From Octopus vulgaris (Eukaryota): a stretch of DNA of 64,000 nucleotides. Under the pieces are notes generated by a model. It worked only from the letters and a program-made list of their open reading frames with translations. It did not search any database and was not told where the DNA came from. Numbering within the stretch: the stretch's first letter is position 1; each line of letters opens with the position of its first letter. The stretch covers positions 70,866,001 to 70,930,000 of the forward strand of contig OX597828.1 of NCBI GenBank assembly GCA_951406725.2, in the 5' to 3' direction. Below, piece after piece: positions 15,946-31,531 of the stretch. The position numbers and the translations under genes were made by a program.

Positions 15946-16248
15946 TTAATCAAAGGACATACTAAGTATGTCTACCTGCTTGAGATAACAGTAAAAAACT
16001 CTTATTAAATCGCCCAAAATACACTGATGAAAACTACAGAAATCAAACGAAGGCAAAATCAGGTTAAGACAATCTACTAACATACATTTAAGTATTTGAA
16101 TTCACGTGGACCGGTTTCTGCCCTGCACACGTTACCATGATTAGAGATTCCCAACCCATGTCTGTGCTGCAACTGATTCGTTTCGGCGCGAAACGAATCG
16201 GTTGCAGCACAGACTTCAAAACGATGGGTTGGGAGTCTCTAATCATGG
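15428..16248 (-). mobile_element. Two tandem Penelope-type short elements (15428-15862 and 15940-16248), each ending in a fold-back hairpin
   Basis: Direct repeat of about 200 bp (aaattaat..aa.gacata.taagtatgtctacctgct...ggaccggtttctg) inside (TA)n. Hairpins at 15740-15860 and 16135-16248, plus a hammerhead-like motif. Confidence 0.55.
15594..15642 (-). ncRNA. Hammerhead-like motif of a third family
   Basis: Minus strand reads CGTG CTGAGGA AGG...CCA GAAA CCGGT C CATG. Palindromic ACCGGT, GUC triplet and stem I CGTG/CATG are present; the stem II junction is imperfect. Confidence 0.4.
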
Positions 16249-16888
16249 ATATATATATATATATATACGTAAGTCTGTATATTTTCCCTTTCACATTCCA
16301 GATCTACTGTGATAAGGAAGAAGTGTTTCGTTTGTCTATATATCTGAATCAGTAAATGCGTTGAAAATCCCCGATCTCAAACGTGTTTTCGCTGAAATGA
16401 TATAACTTTTCTTGCTTCCGTTTGCCATAACCACTGAACTGACCACTGTTGGTCTTAGATTTTGAGTCACCTTGATACCTCGTGTTTGGATTTTAATCTC
16501 AATCATTATAAAAAGATAGAATGGTAGTATTAAATGTAGCGATGAAGTGAAGCCCCAGTTTTAAATAAATGAATAAACTCTACTGCATATTTTGAATACA
16601 TATTTCTGTCGCTTGAAATTTAAATATGTGTGGTGTGGGGATGGATAGATGGATGGATGGATATCATTTGATAACAGTTTTGTTCGGTTTCATTCATAGG
16701 CTCGTCAAACGAACCTATCTCGTCAGGCTCGTAGAAATTGAATGAGACGAGCCAAACAAACGTTAAGTTGCATGAGACCGAAAAAAAAAACTGTTATTAA
16801 GGGAAATACGTTAATCCAACTAAATGTGTTGCGTGCCACTTTCGTTTGTTCATTCACAAGTATACGCATGTATGTGTGTGTGTGCATG

Positions 16889-16952
<64 letters not shown>

Positions 16953-17569
16953 CATACGACAGAAAGAGGAAGTATATTCACATTATACGCACACACAGAC
17001 GTTACTAACGTACACGTATATATATATATATATATATATGTACACGAAGATAGATAAACAGACAGACGTGAAGATCCATAGCCATCTTTAATGGACTCAA
17101 CTCTTATCCGTTGTTTTTTTATGTAGAATGAGAAAGGTGTGGCCTTCATCGAATTTCGAAACTTCTTCGGTGACGCCGACTCTGAGAGTTTGGTACCACA
17201 GACTTTGGTAGACAAGCATCCCCTTAATAACTGCATATCTTCTTAATAGACTATGTGTCTCCTTAATAGCTTGTATGTAACACTGGTAAGTTGAATGTCA
17301 GTGCATGCTTGCTGTGTGTGTTACACGATACTACTGACTACATGCATGGCGGCGGCGGCGGCGGAGATGGTGGAGGAGGAGGTGGTGGTAGTGGTGGTAG
17401 TGGTGGTTGATGGGGGTGGGGGTAACGGGTGGGCGGATACGTACACATGTATGAGTTGCGAGTACGATGTGAGTGTGCATCGGGTGTATACATGTTTATT
17501 CTCATATATAGGGGCGTTTGATATACATTATATATGTGTGCTTACACATGTATAATATATACATACATA

Positions 17570-17614
<45 letters not shown>

Positions 17615-17687
17615 ATATATATATATATGCACACACATAAACATATATATTGTATATGTGCATATATATATATATAACATCACATAC

Positions 17688-17720
<33 letters not shown>

Positions 17721-17907
17721 CACATATATATATACACATTTATATATATATGCTTGTGTATACATATATATGTGTGTGTATTTGTGAATATATATATATA
17801 TATATATATATATGCATATACACACGTATACATACTATGACTGCATGCGTATACACCATGTACAAATATATATACATATATATATATATATACATGCATA
17901 CATATAT

Positions 17908-17940
<33 letters not shown>

Positions 17941-18027
17941 AGCATATATATATACAAGCATATACACAAGCATATATAAATGTGTATATATATTGGCTAA
18001 ACTGGCAATATGACCATTCCGAAATAT

Positions 18028-18064
<37 letters not shown>

Positions 18065-18105
18065 CAAATACACACACATATATATGTATACACAAGCATA
18101 TATAA

Positions 18106-18163
<58 letters not shown>

Positions 18164-18459
18164 ACAGACAGACAGACAAACTGAGAGATAGCTGAAGAGC
18201 TTCATGCGTCTGAGCATACACACGAATTTAAAATTTGACCTGTTTCTTGACAGGAAACAATCCGAGATACTTATGTGTGCATATATGTATGTATATACAT
18301 TCGTGTGTGTATATATGTTTTATACTTAAACATACATGTGTACATATATGGAGGCATTTCAAATTTAACTTTTCACAGCTGTTATATATACACATATGTG
18401 CATGTATATATATATATATATATATATATATGCCCGTGTGTACGTGTGCGTGTGTGTGT

Positions 18460-18497
<38 letters not shown>

Positions 18498-18815
18498 GTG
18501 TGTGTAGCAACATGGACTTGCAGTATATATCTATTGGTATGTCGATTAAAGCAAATTCACCGTTTGGCTGAACCAATGTACAACTAACCAGAAGAACAAG
18601 CCAAGTAGAACTCAATACATGTTGTGGGGTACATTGTTCTAGTCCAATCCACCTGAAGTTGAACAGCCTGCACTGATTGATGCAACACAACTAGATGCAC
18701 AATGTCCCAATATCCTGCCTCAAAGGATCAGCCTCAGGAAGGGTTGAAACGATCGTAGTGCTGAATAAAGATTCGCACTAATCCATGTTCCGTTTCCTTT
18801 ATGAATTATATATAT

Positions 18816-19140
18816 GGCTCAGTGGTTAGAGCATCGAGCTTACGATCGTGAGGTTGTGAGTTCGATTCCTGGACCGGGCTGCGTGTTGTGTTCTTGAGCA
18901 AGACACTTTATTTCACGTTGCTCCAGTTCACTCAGCTGTAGAAATGAGTTGCGACGTCACAGGTGCCAAGCTGCATCGGCTCCTTTGCCTTTCCCTTGGA
19001 TAACACTGGTGGCGTGGAGAGCGGAGGTCGGTGTGCATGGGCGACTGCTCGTCTTCCACAAACAACCTTGCCCGGACTTGTGTCTCGGATGGTAACCTTC
19101 TAGGTGCAATCCCATGGTCAGTCATGACCAAAGGGGGGTC
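18816..19140 (+). mobile_element. SINE with family-C-type head and a different tail
   Basis: tggctcagtggttagagc...gagttcgattcc...ttgtgttcttgagcaagacact, with a distinct 3' part ending gtcatgaccaaaggggg. Confidence 0.75.
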
Positions 19141-19172
19141 TCAGCATATATAAATATGTGCGTGTGTGTGTG

Positions 19173-19811
<639 letters not shown>

Positions 19812-20349
19812 AAGGAATATTCCCCTTCTTCAGTTGTCCCTGTTTCGTCTACCCCACGTTTCGAAGTAAAGGACAAGACGCGACTTCGTTGAAACAGTCC
19901 TTCCCGTCAAATGACTGAAACAAACAAACAAATAAAAGAAAATACTGCTAAGCACTGTTACCGATTCTTCCAGTTCAAAATTGGTCAGAGACCTTTGTCC
20001 GCTCAGTCACAAATGAACTGGCCAAACGGTACATAACACATTCTTTTATTGTTTTACTGACCTCACTTGCCGGAGTACGGCCATGCTGGAGGAGCACCGC
20101 CTTTAATGGCTTTAATAGAAAATATTGCCCCCGGTACTTATTTCAGTCTGGTATTTATTTCATCGATTTCTGTTTATCTTCTATGTCGCCTCCTCCTCCT
20201 CCTCCTTTATGTGCCCACAAGCGGCGGTGATCTTGGGCCACCGTGACCTCTTGACCCACCCCCTCCACATAACACGTCATTGTGTCGGTCTTCAACAAGC
20301 CACCTAGTAAGACCATTGAGTCTCTCTCTCACTCATTCACAATCTCTCT

Positions 20350-20446
<97 letters not shown>

Positions 20447-20719
20447 CATATTTGTAATTTAGTTTTTATAATAATTACAATATAATGTCTAAAAGTTATG
20501 AACCACCTATTGATCCCTCCATTTTCTTACTATATTTTATATCTATATATCTTTTTTTAAATATGTTAACGAGGGTCCCAGCTGATACGATATGCTCGTA
20601 AATGTATGGCTATATTATTGTAATTATCGGTGACAAGGCTGACCCTTTAAATAAATAAATAAGCTTTTGAAAAAATTCAAGGAACAACGAGTATACATAT
20701 ACTTTACGATCATATATAA

Positions 20720-20762
<43 letters not shown>

Positions 20763-21629
20763 CTCTGTCCTCCCCGCTTTCATTTTCCTTTCAGTTGCCC
20801 ATAGGATTCCATACAGTTTCCGTTCGCTCAAATTTCAGTCACAAAGAATAGGTAGACCCGAAGCTATAGAAAATAACATTTGCCCAAATTGCCACTCAGT
20901 GAGACCGAACGCGAGACCACGCAGATTGGATGCGAAGCGAGATTGTTTACCACTCGGCCATATAAATATCATAGTAACTAACTTACTCCATCGAAGATTT
21001 CGTAAATAAGTTAATGGCGCCAGGAAATGAGATTAATTGATAATTTATAGATAAATATAGGCATTTGATGAATGATTCATATAGAAGCAGGGTGAGTGTG
21101 GGTCGGCTATGGGCTCGTGCTCTGATAGCACAGAAACAATGCGACGGGGAAGGGTGAGGTGTAGGGTCTAATAAGAAGAAATATATATCGTACAGAGGTC
21201 AGATATGTTTGTTTATGTGGTGTGTGTGTGTGTGTGTAGTGTGTGTGTGTGTGTGTAGTGTGTGTGTGTCTGATGTGCGATTATGCGGTCTGTATATATG
21301 TATGTGTTTGTATGTAAGACCCTTATGTGTCTGTGTGTAAGTGCATATGTGTGTGGTCTGTTTGGGTATGTCTGTACGCAAGTTGCTTCTAAATTAGTGT
21401 GTGCGCGCGCGTGTGTGTTTGTGTGTGTGTTTGTGTGTGTTTGTGTGTGTGTGTGTGTGTGTAGTATGTTTGTATTTGTATATATGTATAGTGTGTGCTT
21501 GAGTATGTGTGTGTTCGAGTGCTTGCCCTTGTTACTTGTTCGTGTGTATATGTTTGCATGTATATATGTATGTATTATGTGTATCACTAGGTGTGTATGT
21601 GGTATATAATGTATATAAGTTGCTATATA

Positions 21630-21924
21630 AGCGGCCATGCTGGAGCACTGCCTTCAAGGGCTTTTAGCCAAAAAAATCGACCCCAAAACTTTTTTTAAAA
21701 GCCTACTACTCATTCAGTTGTTTTCTTTTGCCGAATAACTAGCCTACGGGGACGCAAACATGCAAACACCGGTTGTCAAACAGCGATGGTGTCAGATACA
21801 AAGACACACATACACATGCATACATACACACATACATTCATACATGCATATGTACATAGTACATACATACATACATACATACATACATACATACATACAT
21901 ACATACATACATACATACACATAT

Positions 21925-21961
<37 letters not shown>

Positions 21962-22120
21962 TATACGACGGGTTTCTTTCTGTTTCCGTTTGCCAAATCC
22001 ATTCACAACGCTTTGGTTTGCCCGAGGCTATAGTAGAAGACACTTGCCCAAGGTGCCATGCAGTGGGACTGAACCCGGAACCATGTGGTTGGGAAGTAAG
22101 CTTCTTGCCAAACAGCCGTG
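21630..22120 (-). mobile_element. SINE family A copy
   Basis: Head at 21966-22120, internal (CATA)n, tail at 21630-21790. Confidence 0.75.
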
Positions 22121-22133
22121 TCTGTGTGTATAG

Positions 22134-22177
<44 letters not shown>

Positions 22178-22179
<2 letters not shown>

Positions 22180-23259
22180 ACGGGCTTATTTTAGTTTCTG
22201 TCTATTAAATCCACTCACAAGGCTTTGGTCGGTCCGAGGCTAGGATCTTTTCTATCTGGCTGCCAGTGGTTGCCTGCGTCAAATTTTCTGTTCGAATTGA
22301 TGTCATATACAGTGTAATAATACATTTTTATTGGCTAATTGATGACGTGAAAGTAATTTTCACTATAAATCAATAAATGGAGAGTTGTTACCAATTAAAG
22401 TTTGAAAATTTTGGTAATTTTAGCTAAACGTAAGTCACAGGCACATTCATGTCTGCTTCGATAGTAACAAGCGGAACCTGAGAACTCTTTTGTCTGTTGC
22501 CTTAGTAACTGTGTTTGATAAATCTGCGAGGAAGCACGTGTTGATTATTTGTTTCTTTTTGTCATTGAGCATTGAGGTGGTTGTGAGGTGTGCTAAAAAT
22601 AACAGCTAAATATGATTTTTTGGATAAATCTTTTAAATTAAAGTTTATTTGCCAACATCTCGTTCGGAGATTTAAAACTGTTTTTCTCTTTTAAATTAAC
22701 ATAGACATTTATTTACATGAAAGAAAATTAACGGAGAACTTTCATCTAATTCTTCCTAATTTTTCTGTTAAAAATTGTAATGTTTATGGCATCTGCAGTA
22801 AACACTGGTGGTTGTGAGGTGGGTAAAAATTACAGCAAAATAAGATTTATTTACTTGAAAGAAAATACCGGGGACATAACATGTGTTGTTTACAAATATT
22901 GACAACACGTGCTATTTTCAAGATATTGACGACAAAATGTGAAGCCACGCGCAAATTGACAGCTTACAAATACTGTTTCCTGATTGGGTGAAAATGATCA
23001 AACTTTAAACCCCTATAAATTTTTTTTAAAACATTTTTCTGGAAAAAATGAAATAACCCCAGCAATTCAGTTTGGGCAAATGTATTATTGCGCCAAATTT
23101 TAAAATTTTCGGTAAACTTTAATTTTTGGAAATGCTGGCAGCCAAACCGAAAAGATCGCAAGGCTATAGTAGAAGACATTTGCTCAAGGTACCACGCAAT
23201 GAGACTGAGCCTGGAACCATGTGGTTGGGAAGCAAGCTTCTTACCACACAGCCACGCCT
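22178..23259 (-). mobile_element. SINE family A head split by the Merlin-like insertion
   Basis: 22178-22242 and 23159-23259 join into a continuous SINE head. Confidence 0.75.
22243..23158. mobile_element. Non-autonomous DNA transposon, Merlin-like (GG terminus, 8-bp TSD), nested in a SINE
   Basis: TIRs ggatcttttctatctggctgccag / ctggcagccaaaccgaaaagatcg. TSD is cgaggcta (22235-22242) / caaggcta (23159-23166), and the SINE sequence resumes exactly after it. Confidence 0.75.
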
Positions 23260-23933
23260 GTGACTATATGTGTGTGTGTGTAGAGAGAGAGAGAGAGAAA
23301 GAGAGTTTACAGTTCCGTTAAGATACGATCAACAGAACAGTACCCCATCAAGTGAGAAATAAATATCATTTAATGTACACAATATAAAGATAAGATCAAC
23401 TGATAGTTTCTTGCGATGGAGACACGTTTTGTTTGTTTGACTTGACTCTTGAAGGTGGTGCCCCAGCATGGCCGTAGTCCAATAACTAAAAACCAAAAGA
23501 AAGATAAAAGATGCAAGATATACAAAAAAAAGTGATCAGGATACTCATTACTGGAGCTGCTTTTGACCATAGATCCGTTCGATAGGATTAACCTAGGGTT
23601 AAATACCAAGAACAGCAACAACAATGACAACAATCGACCGAGCTATGTTATCCCCACAACTCATCACTCCGCAATCCCCCCGCCAACGCCTACCATTACC
23701 ACTACCACCACCACCACCACCACCACCACCATTACTACTACTACTACAGAACCACATCCTGCTGCTCCATACCATCATACCATCATCAGATTGTCTAGCT
23801 TTAAAATTAGAAGTTGGTTACAAGAAGAAATGAAAACGAGGTCAATTTATTGAGTAAAGAATAAACGAAAATAAAATAAAAAGATATAACGAAAATAAAA
23901 ACAAAATTGGAATTTTTGTTAGTTTTCGGTATT

Positions 23934-23965
<32 letters not shown>

Positions 23966-24213
23966 TTGAAGTCGGAAGAAGCAAGAAAAAAAGTGTCCAA
24001 GAAGACATTTGTTCCACGTGTCCATTAAGTTGCTAAACTTGTCAAATATTGCTTTTAGCTCGGGTGATTTATGATATTCACATAAGCTGCAGTTTGAAAC
24101 CAGATAGTCAATAGTGATGAAGTGGTGGGGGAGCGAGCTGGAAGAGGATGAATGTTTGTGGAAGAGATGAGAGAGCATCTGTTCTAGGGCTTGCACACAC
24201 ACACACACACACA

Positions 24214-24286
<73 letters not shown>

Positions 24287-24372
24287 TATGTATGTATGTA
24301 TATGTATATATATATATATATAAAGACATATATACATACATATACATATATATATATATAATGATACATATC

Positions 24373-24429
<57 letters not shown>

Positions 24430-25369
24430 GATACATATCTACACAAACATATTCATAAAAGGATACATATCTACACATACATATATACGCATATATACAC
24501 ACACGCATGTATATATATATGTATATATGTGCATGTACATATACATATGCATAGTGCATACGCCCAAATACACACATATATATATGCATTCATAACTACA
24601 TGCAGGCATATATACACACATACATATATATATACATAAATAATGCATGCATGCACACATACAAGCATACATACATACACACATACATACATACACACAT
24701 ACATACATACATACATACATACATACACACACACATACATACACACATGCATAGACAGACACAAAAGTACATATATATACAGACACTCTTAGACACGTGC
24801 ATTCGTACATACTTAGCCATACATACACCACAGCACTCACCACCCACCAACCACGACCACCACCACCAACTTTCGCATCAAACAATATGGTAGCGAGATT
24901 ATTCCTTGTACGTTTAGCTCATGTGACAAACGTTCAACTTGTTGTTGATTATATAAATAAAACAAACTTCGGGTTTTGCCAAAACACAGACAAGAGAGCT
25001 AATTTCACAATGTTATTGTTGATGTTGATATTATAAGTTCTACGCTACAGCTATTGTTGTTGTTATTGCCGGTGTTGGCGGTTGGAGTGACAATGGTTGG
25101 GTTTATAGCAGTAGTATTAGTATTAGTATTAGTAGTAGCCGTGGTAATAATGGCGGCGAGTTTAGTTTTTTTCACGTCTTTAGCTTCATTCTTGAATAAA
25201 AAAAGAAAAGAGAAAGAAACTTTAAAACAGTGTTTGGAAGCGAGGCGTTTGTTGTGAGATTTGTGTAAGCAAGTATGACAAGTTTGTCGACATCAAAGTG
25301 AAAGCTTGCTTGCCTTTGAAACTATCTTATCTTTCAGTTAAAATAGGAAATCATGTTTGCCTGGTGTAT

Positions 25370-25409
<40 letters not shown>

Positions 25410-25768
25410 CATTCATATATATATGTGTGTGTGTGTGTATAAATATCTATACGTATACATATATATAATACATATATACATACAAATATATGTATAAATA
25501 TATATATATATATATATAATACATACATTCATATATATGTGTGTGTGTGTATATATAAACATCTATACGTATACATATATATAATACATATATACATTCA
25601 TCATATACATATATATAATGCGTACATACATTCATATATATATGTGTGTATATATATATACACACATACATGTACACACACATGCACACAAACACACATA
25701 TATATATACATGTATGTATTTTTGTATGTATATGCATTTATGAATATATATAAAGATATGTGTATAAG

Positions 25769-25866
<98 letters not shown>

Positions 25867-25967
25867 CACACATACATATACACATATATGTATACAGATA
25901 CATATATGGATGTATGTATGTGTGTATTTGTTAGTGTTTATATATATGTGAGTGTGTATGTATATAT

Positions 25968-26029
<62 letters not shown>

Positions 26030-26054
26030 TTTATGTATAGCTACATATATATTT

Positions 26055-26097
<43 letters not shown>

Positions 26098-26173
26098 ATC
26101 TGTATGTAAATATATATGTACGTATACATATATATGTATATATGTATATATATATGTGTGTGTACATATATAT

Positions 26174-26330
<157 letters not shown>

Positions 26331-27016
26331 GTTTACTCATCGTTCTGCCAGTTTTATTTTTACTTCTGTCCTCAGCTGAGCGATAGCTGATTTTTGTTTG
26401 TTTTTAATTTACAATTTTACTGACATTTAAGATAAACGTGTTTTGATATGTTGTGTTTATAGGGGAATTATGATAATAATGGAAGTTCCAGGTATGAGCT
26501 GTTGCGACTGGCGACAACCATCAGAGATTCCAGCTCCGTTCTGTGTATTTTCACTTTGGAGAACGGCAGACATTAGTCTCTGAACATTAAATATGACTGA
26601 CATACGTTCGTCTCTTGATTAATGACAGATAGACGTAGTGACAAGCAAAACAACCAAACACATAGACAAACAAACAAATAAACAGACCGACAGACAAACA
26701 AACTGACAGACAGATAGCCTGATAGGCAGAGAGACAGACAGACAGACTCACACATATATCCTTCGGTTTACAGGAAACGTTTTGAATAGGTTTATAAAAG
26801 CTGATATCCTATTATACCAGCTACAGCCTAATGGTATCAACTGGCGATACCAGTTTTCTGCGGGGGTTGCCCCGAGCTGTGATGATATAATCTAGGATGA
26901 ATATTGTAGGAATTTTAGAACATTTTAATGCATAGCTACGCGCGTTTCTGCAAATCACATCGCACGTAGCGGCGCATTAAAATATCTTAAAATTTCATCC
27001 AAGGAATATTTTTGTT

Positions 27017-27093
<77 letters not shown>

Positions 27094-27240
27094 TGTGTGT
27101 AAGTTTATATGTATGTATGTATGTATATATGTATGTATGTATGTATGTATGTAGAGAAAGAGAGACAGATTGATAGACAGATAGATAAATACACAGACAC
27201 AGGCACACAGACAGATACGCAGACAGACGGACAGATAGAC

Positions 27241-27333
<93 letters not shown>

Positions 27334-29080
27334 TTCAGGCATACAGACAAATATGCATGAACAAACTGACAGACAGACAGACAAACAGTGGTCTATATGT
27401 TAACAAGAGAAATGTACATTGAGGGCTTACATAGAAATGGCAGACATTATTCTGATATCAATGAGAAAAGCAATGCGACAGAGAGACAGACGGACAGACA
27501 GACCAACTGACGATTGGTCACACAGTAATATAACAAACAGATCGACGGGTTTGTGATTGTATATCAAAAGGACAGACTTTGGTTGGATATCAATATGACA
27601 GACAGTAGTCTGTTCGTCTCTGCATAGTGTAGCTTGTATGTGTCGACTCGATCTGCTGGAAATAACAACCAAATACTCTTCAAATGAAGTCTTACTCTCG
27701 TAAAAAGTGGGGAAAGATACGTTAGATAACGTTGACGAAAATGACCAGGACATTAGGTTCCACGATAACAACGACACCAACAACAGCCACAATATATATA
27801 TAACCACAACACCGACAACAGTTATAATGACGTCCACAACTATTACAACAACAAAAATATCAACAGCAACAACGAAATTATCGATTACAATAATAATTTA
27901 AAGGTGAGGGGTGGAGAAGGGCATTAATCGATAACATTGACTCCACTGCTTCACTGGAATTTTACGTTATCGATCTCCGAAAGAACACAAAACAAAGACG
28001 ACCTCGATGCGATCTGAACCCTGAAATGTCAAGAACGAGTAATTATACAGACACTCCATTAACGCTTCGACGAATTGGTCACCTTCAACAACAACAACAA
28101 CAACTGAAGTTTATTAAAACTTCCTTCAGGTTACCATAGCAACAAGAGACTGTTTTCTACTGTACCGCCATAGTTTCATGTCTGCGTTGGGGCAGACAAC
28201 ATTAAGTAGGGGCCCAAAGATTTGGGACCAGACACAATCTGAACATTAATAGTTGGGGAATGGCGGGGAGTGTTCTATATCATTGTGACCACTTAATTGT
28301 CAGGCTATATTGCTATATATATGCATATATATATATATATATATACATATATACATATGCATATATATACATATATATATATGCATATATATATATGCAT
28401 ATATATATATGCATATATATACATATATACATATGCATATATATACATATATATATATGCACATATATACATACACACATATAAACATACATATACATAT
28501 ATACATACACACATATAAACATAGATATATGTATATATACACAAGCACACATATATATACGTGCGCGCGCGTTTGTGTGTGTTGTGTGTGCGTGTGTGTG
28601 TGTGTGTGTTGTGTGTGTTGTGTGTGCGTGTGTGCGTGCGTGTGTGTGTGTGTGTATGTGTTTGTGTGTATGTCTGTGTGTGTGTGTGTGTGTTGTGTGT
28701 GTGTGTGCGTGTGTGTGTGTGTGTATGTCTGATATATAACATTCCTCCCATATCACACTGCAAATTGGTTTTCTACTCATTTCATTGTCCTGTGAGTGTG
28801 TGTGCGCGAGCGCGTGTGTGTAAAAGAGACTGTTGGGTGTCTGGTTGCATGCGTCAGTGTGGGTGTATATGTGCATGTGTGCATGTGTGCGTATCGACAC
28901 TGTTTCCTCTTTTGCAAGCGTTAAACTTAATAGCTTACTCATTTTATTGTATTATTTCGATTGTATTTTTTAACTTTCAGTTTTTTAATTTTGTATTACA
29001 CACACACACACACATACACACACATACACACACTTACACACACACACGCAAACATATATGTATGTATATATATATTCATG

Positions 29081-29156
<76 letters not shown>

Positions 29157-29292
29157 TACATATATATATATACATGCTCAAACCTATATACATTATATAT
29201 CATATATACATATGCATATATAGAGTGAGAATGAGAGAGAGACAAAGGGAGAGAGAGATGAATACGTAGATAAATAAGTAGATATATGGGTG

Positions 29293-29384
<92 letters not shown>

Positions 29385-29883
29385 TGTTTACTCAATCATT
29401 GAATTTTGAGTAACGAATGAAAAGAGAGTGCTCAGTGCAAGATGTTAGGTATACGGTTATTGAAAGTGGGTGCTTATCTCGTAACCCGAGTTTCAGTATA
29501 CAGCGATCTTCAGGTGAGAACGCCAGAAGTTCACTCTGGTGTGAAAACTGAACTTGCGAGAAAAGGACAGATGCTTTGGCAAGACATCGAGACACAGTGA
29601 ACGTGAGGATTACAAAGGCATCCTGTCGAATTCGAACTGCAGATTTGGATTCATGGATCTCCATCAGTGTATATCACGGAACAACTAAACCACGTGAACG
29701 GCATTTCCAATTGACATTTGTTGATATTGATTAAACGCATCAGTCCACCGGCTATGGTGATGGTTGATTATAAATGTAGTAGTAGAAGTACTCGTAATAG
29801 TAGTAGTGATAGTAGTAGTAATGTCAGTGGCTGTAGCAGTCGTTGTAGTAGCAGCAGTAGCGGCAGTAGTTCTCATAGTAGTG

Positions 29884-29945
<62 letters not shown>

Positions 29946-30085
29946 TGTTGTTGTTGTTATTGTTGTTCTAGTCTCGTGTAAATTTAAAGAACACAAGATT
30001 AGTCAATATTAAACAGAATTATTACATATTTCAATTTCAGGAATTCAGCTTAGTTAATCCTTGTGTTTGTGAGTGTGTAATAATA

Positions 30086-30121
<36 letters not shown>

Positions 30122-30326
30122 CTATTTTTCACTAATAGGTATAAGTCTTGTGTATTAGTGTGTTTAGGTGTTGAGTAGAGAGAGCACTGGCACAGTTTAG
30201 GCTACCAGTTGTCATCGGCAGTCGGGGTATATTTCCGATGGATCTGCTTCAGGAACTCCGCAGTGTTAGTTGGGGGCAATTATATTAAATAAGTAACGAG
30301 AAGAAGGATTTGGTATGAAACTTTAT

Positions 30327-30432
30327 TCTGTCCAACGTTCGTTTCGACCCGTCCTGCTATTATCCTTTTATGTGTTGGACTCTGTTCAACATGTTTTGCA
30401 TCCGTTTTGCAGTCTAGTCCTCATCAGGTACA
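30327..30432 (-). ncRNA. Hammerhead-like motif of a second Penelope-type family (long stem II insert)
   Basis: Minus strand reads TGTAC CTGATGA G GACT...GGTC GAAAC GAAC GTT GGACA, followed by AATAAA. Stem I pairs 4 of 5, and ACGAACGT is a near-palindrome. Confidence 0.45.
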
Positions 30433-30722
30433 TCCATAAAGTTGTGTCTCATTAAAGATCTTGAGTGTCGGCTGCCATGTTCTTATATGCCCGTCTAGTT
30501 AGGGAATGGATAAAATGCAAACGAGACTGCAAAAACGCAAGAATTCCAATATGAACGTGGAAATTCTGAGTTCCTGTTTAGATAAAATGACCTAATCAGC
30601 TTTCTCTTTCATAACTGCTTAGAGTAAAAAGAAAGTAGAAGAAACGAAAGAAGAAAGAGAAAGAAAACGAAAACGAATACTTAGTTAAACAGTTTTGTGT
30701 ACATACATATACATACATGCAT

Positions 30723-30771
<49 letters not shown>

Positions 30772-31001
30772 AGTTAAATACACAACCGAAAAAGCAACCA
30801 ATAGTTTCATGCTATTATGATACTTGAACAGGCATATTTATAAAATGCACCGTGTATCTTGAAGCAATAAGGTTGCTTCAAGATACACGGTGCATACATA
30901 CATACATACATACATACATACATACACACTTGCATATGAGCATACATTCAATACATACAGGCAGACAGACAAATATACACGCATTCGATCTCATGTATGT
31001 A

Positions 31002-31048
<47 letters not shown>

Positions 31049-31385
31049 ACCAAATTACAGCTTAACATGTTACATAATTACTCGTTTACTCGCATAATTA
31101 TATGCTGATTATGATAAGATTTGGCGTCAGTAAGCTGGTACAGTCGTGAGCGCGTCGAACAAAATTCTTCTGTTCTGTGTAAATACCGCCGAGGTTAACT
31201 TTACTTTTAATCCATTGAAATCGAAAAACGAAGGTTCCAGAAAAAATACTGGGGCGGCGGGGTGGATCGAAGTGGTTAATTCCGCCCCGCCCCACCTCGA
31301 AATTGTTGGCCTTGCACAGAAATTAGAAACCATTATAGTTGTTAGTATTATCATTATTATATTATTTTCGTGATTATTAGTGTTC

Positions 31386-31446
<61 letters not shown>

Positions 31447-31463
31447 CATTATTATTATCATTA

Positions 31464-31531
<68 letters not shown>

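Noticed and set aside
19820-19900. Minus-strand CTGAAGA and GAAAC motifs
   Set aside because: Their order and stems do not assemble into a hammerhead.
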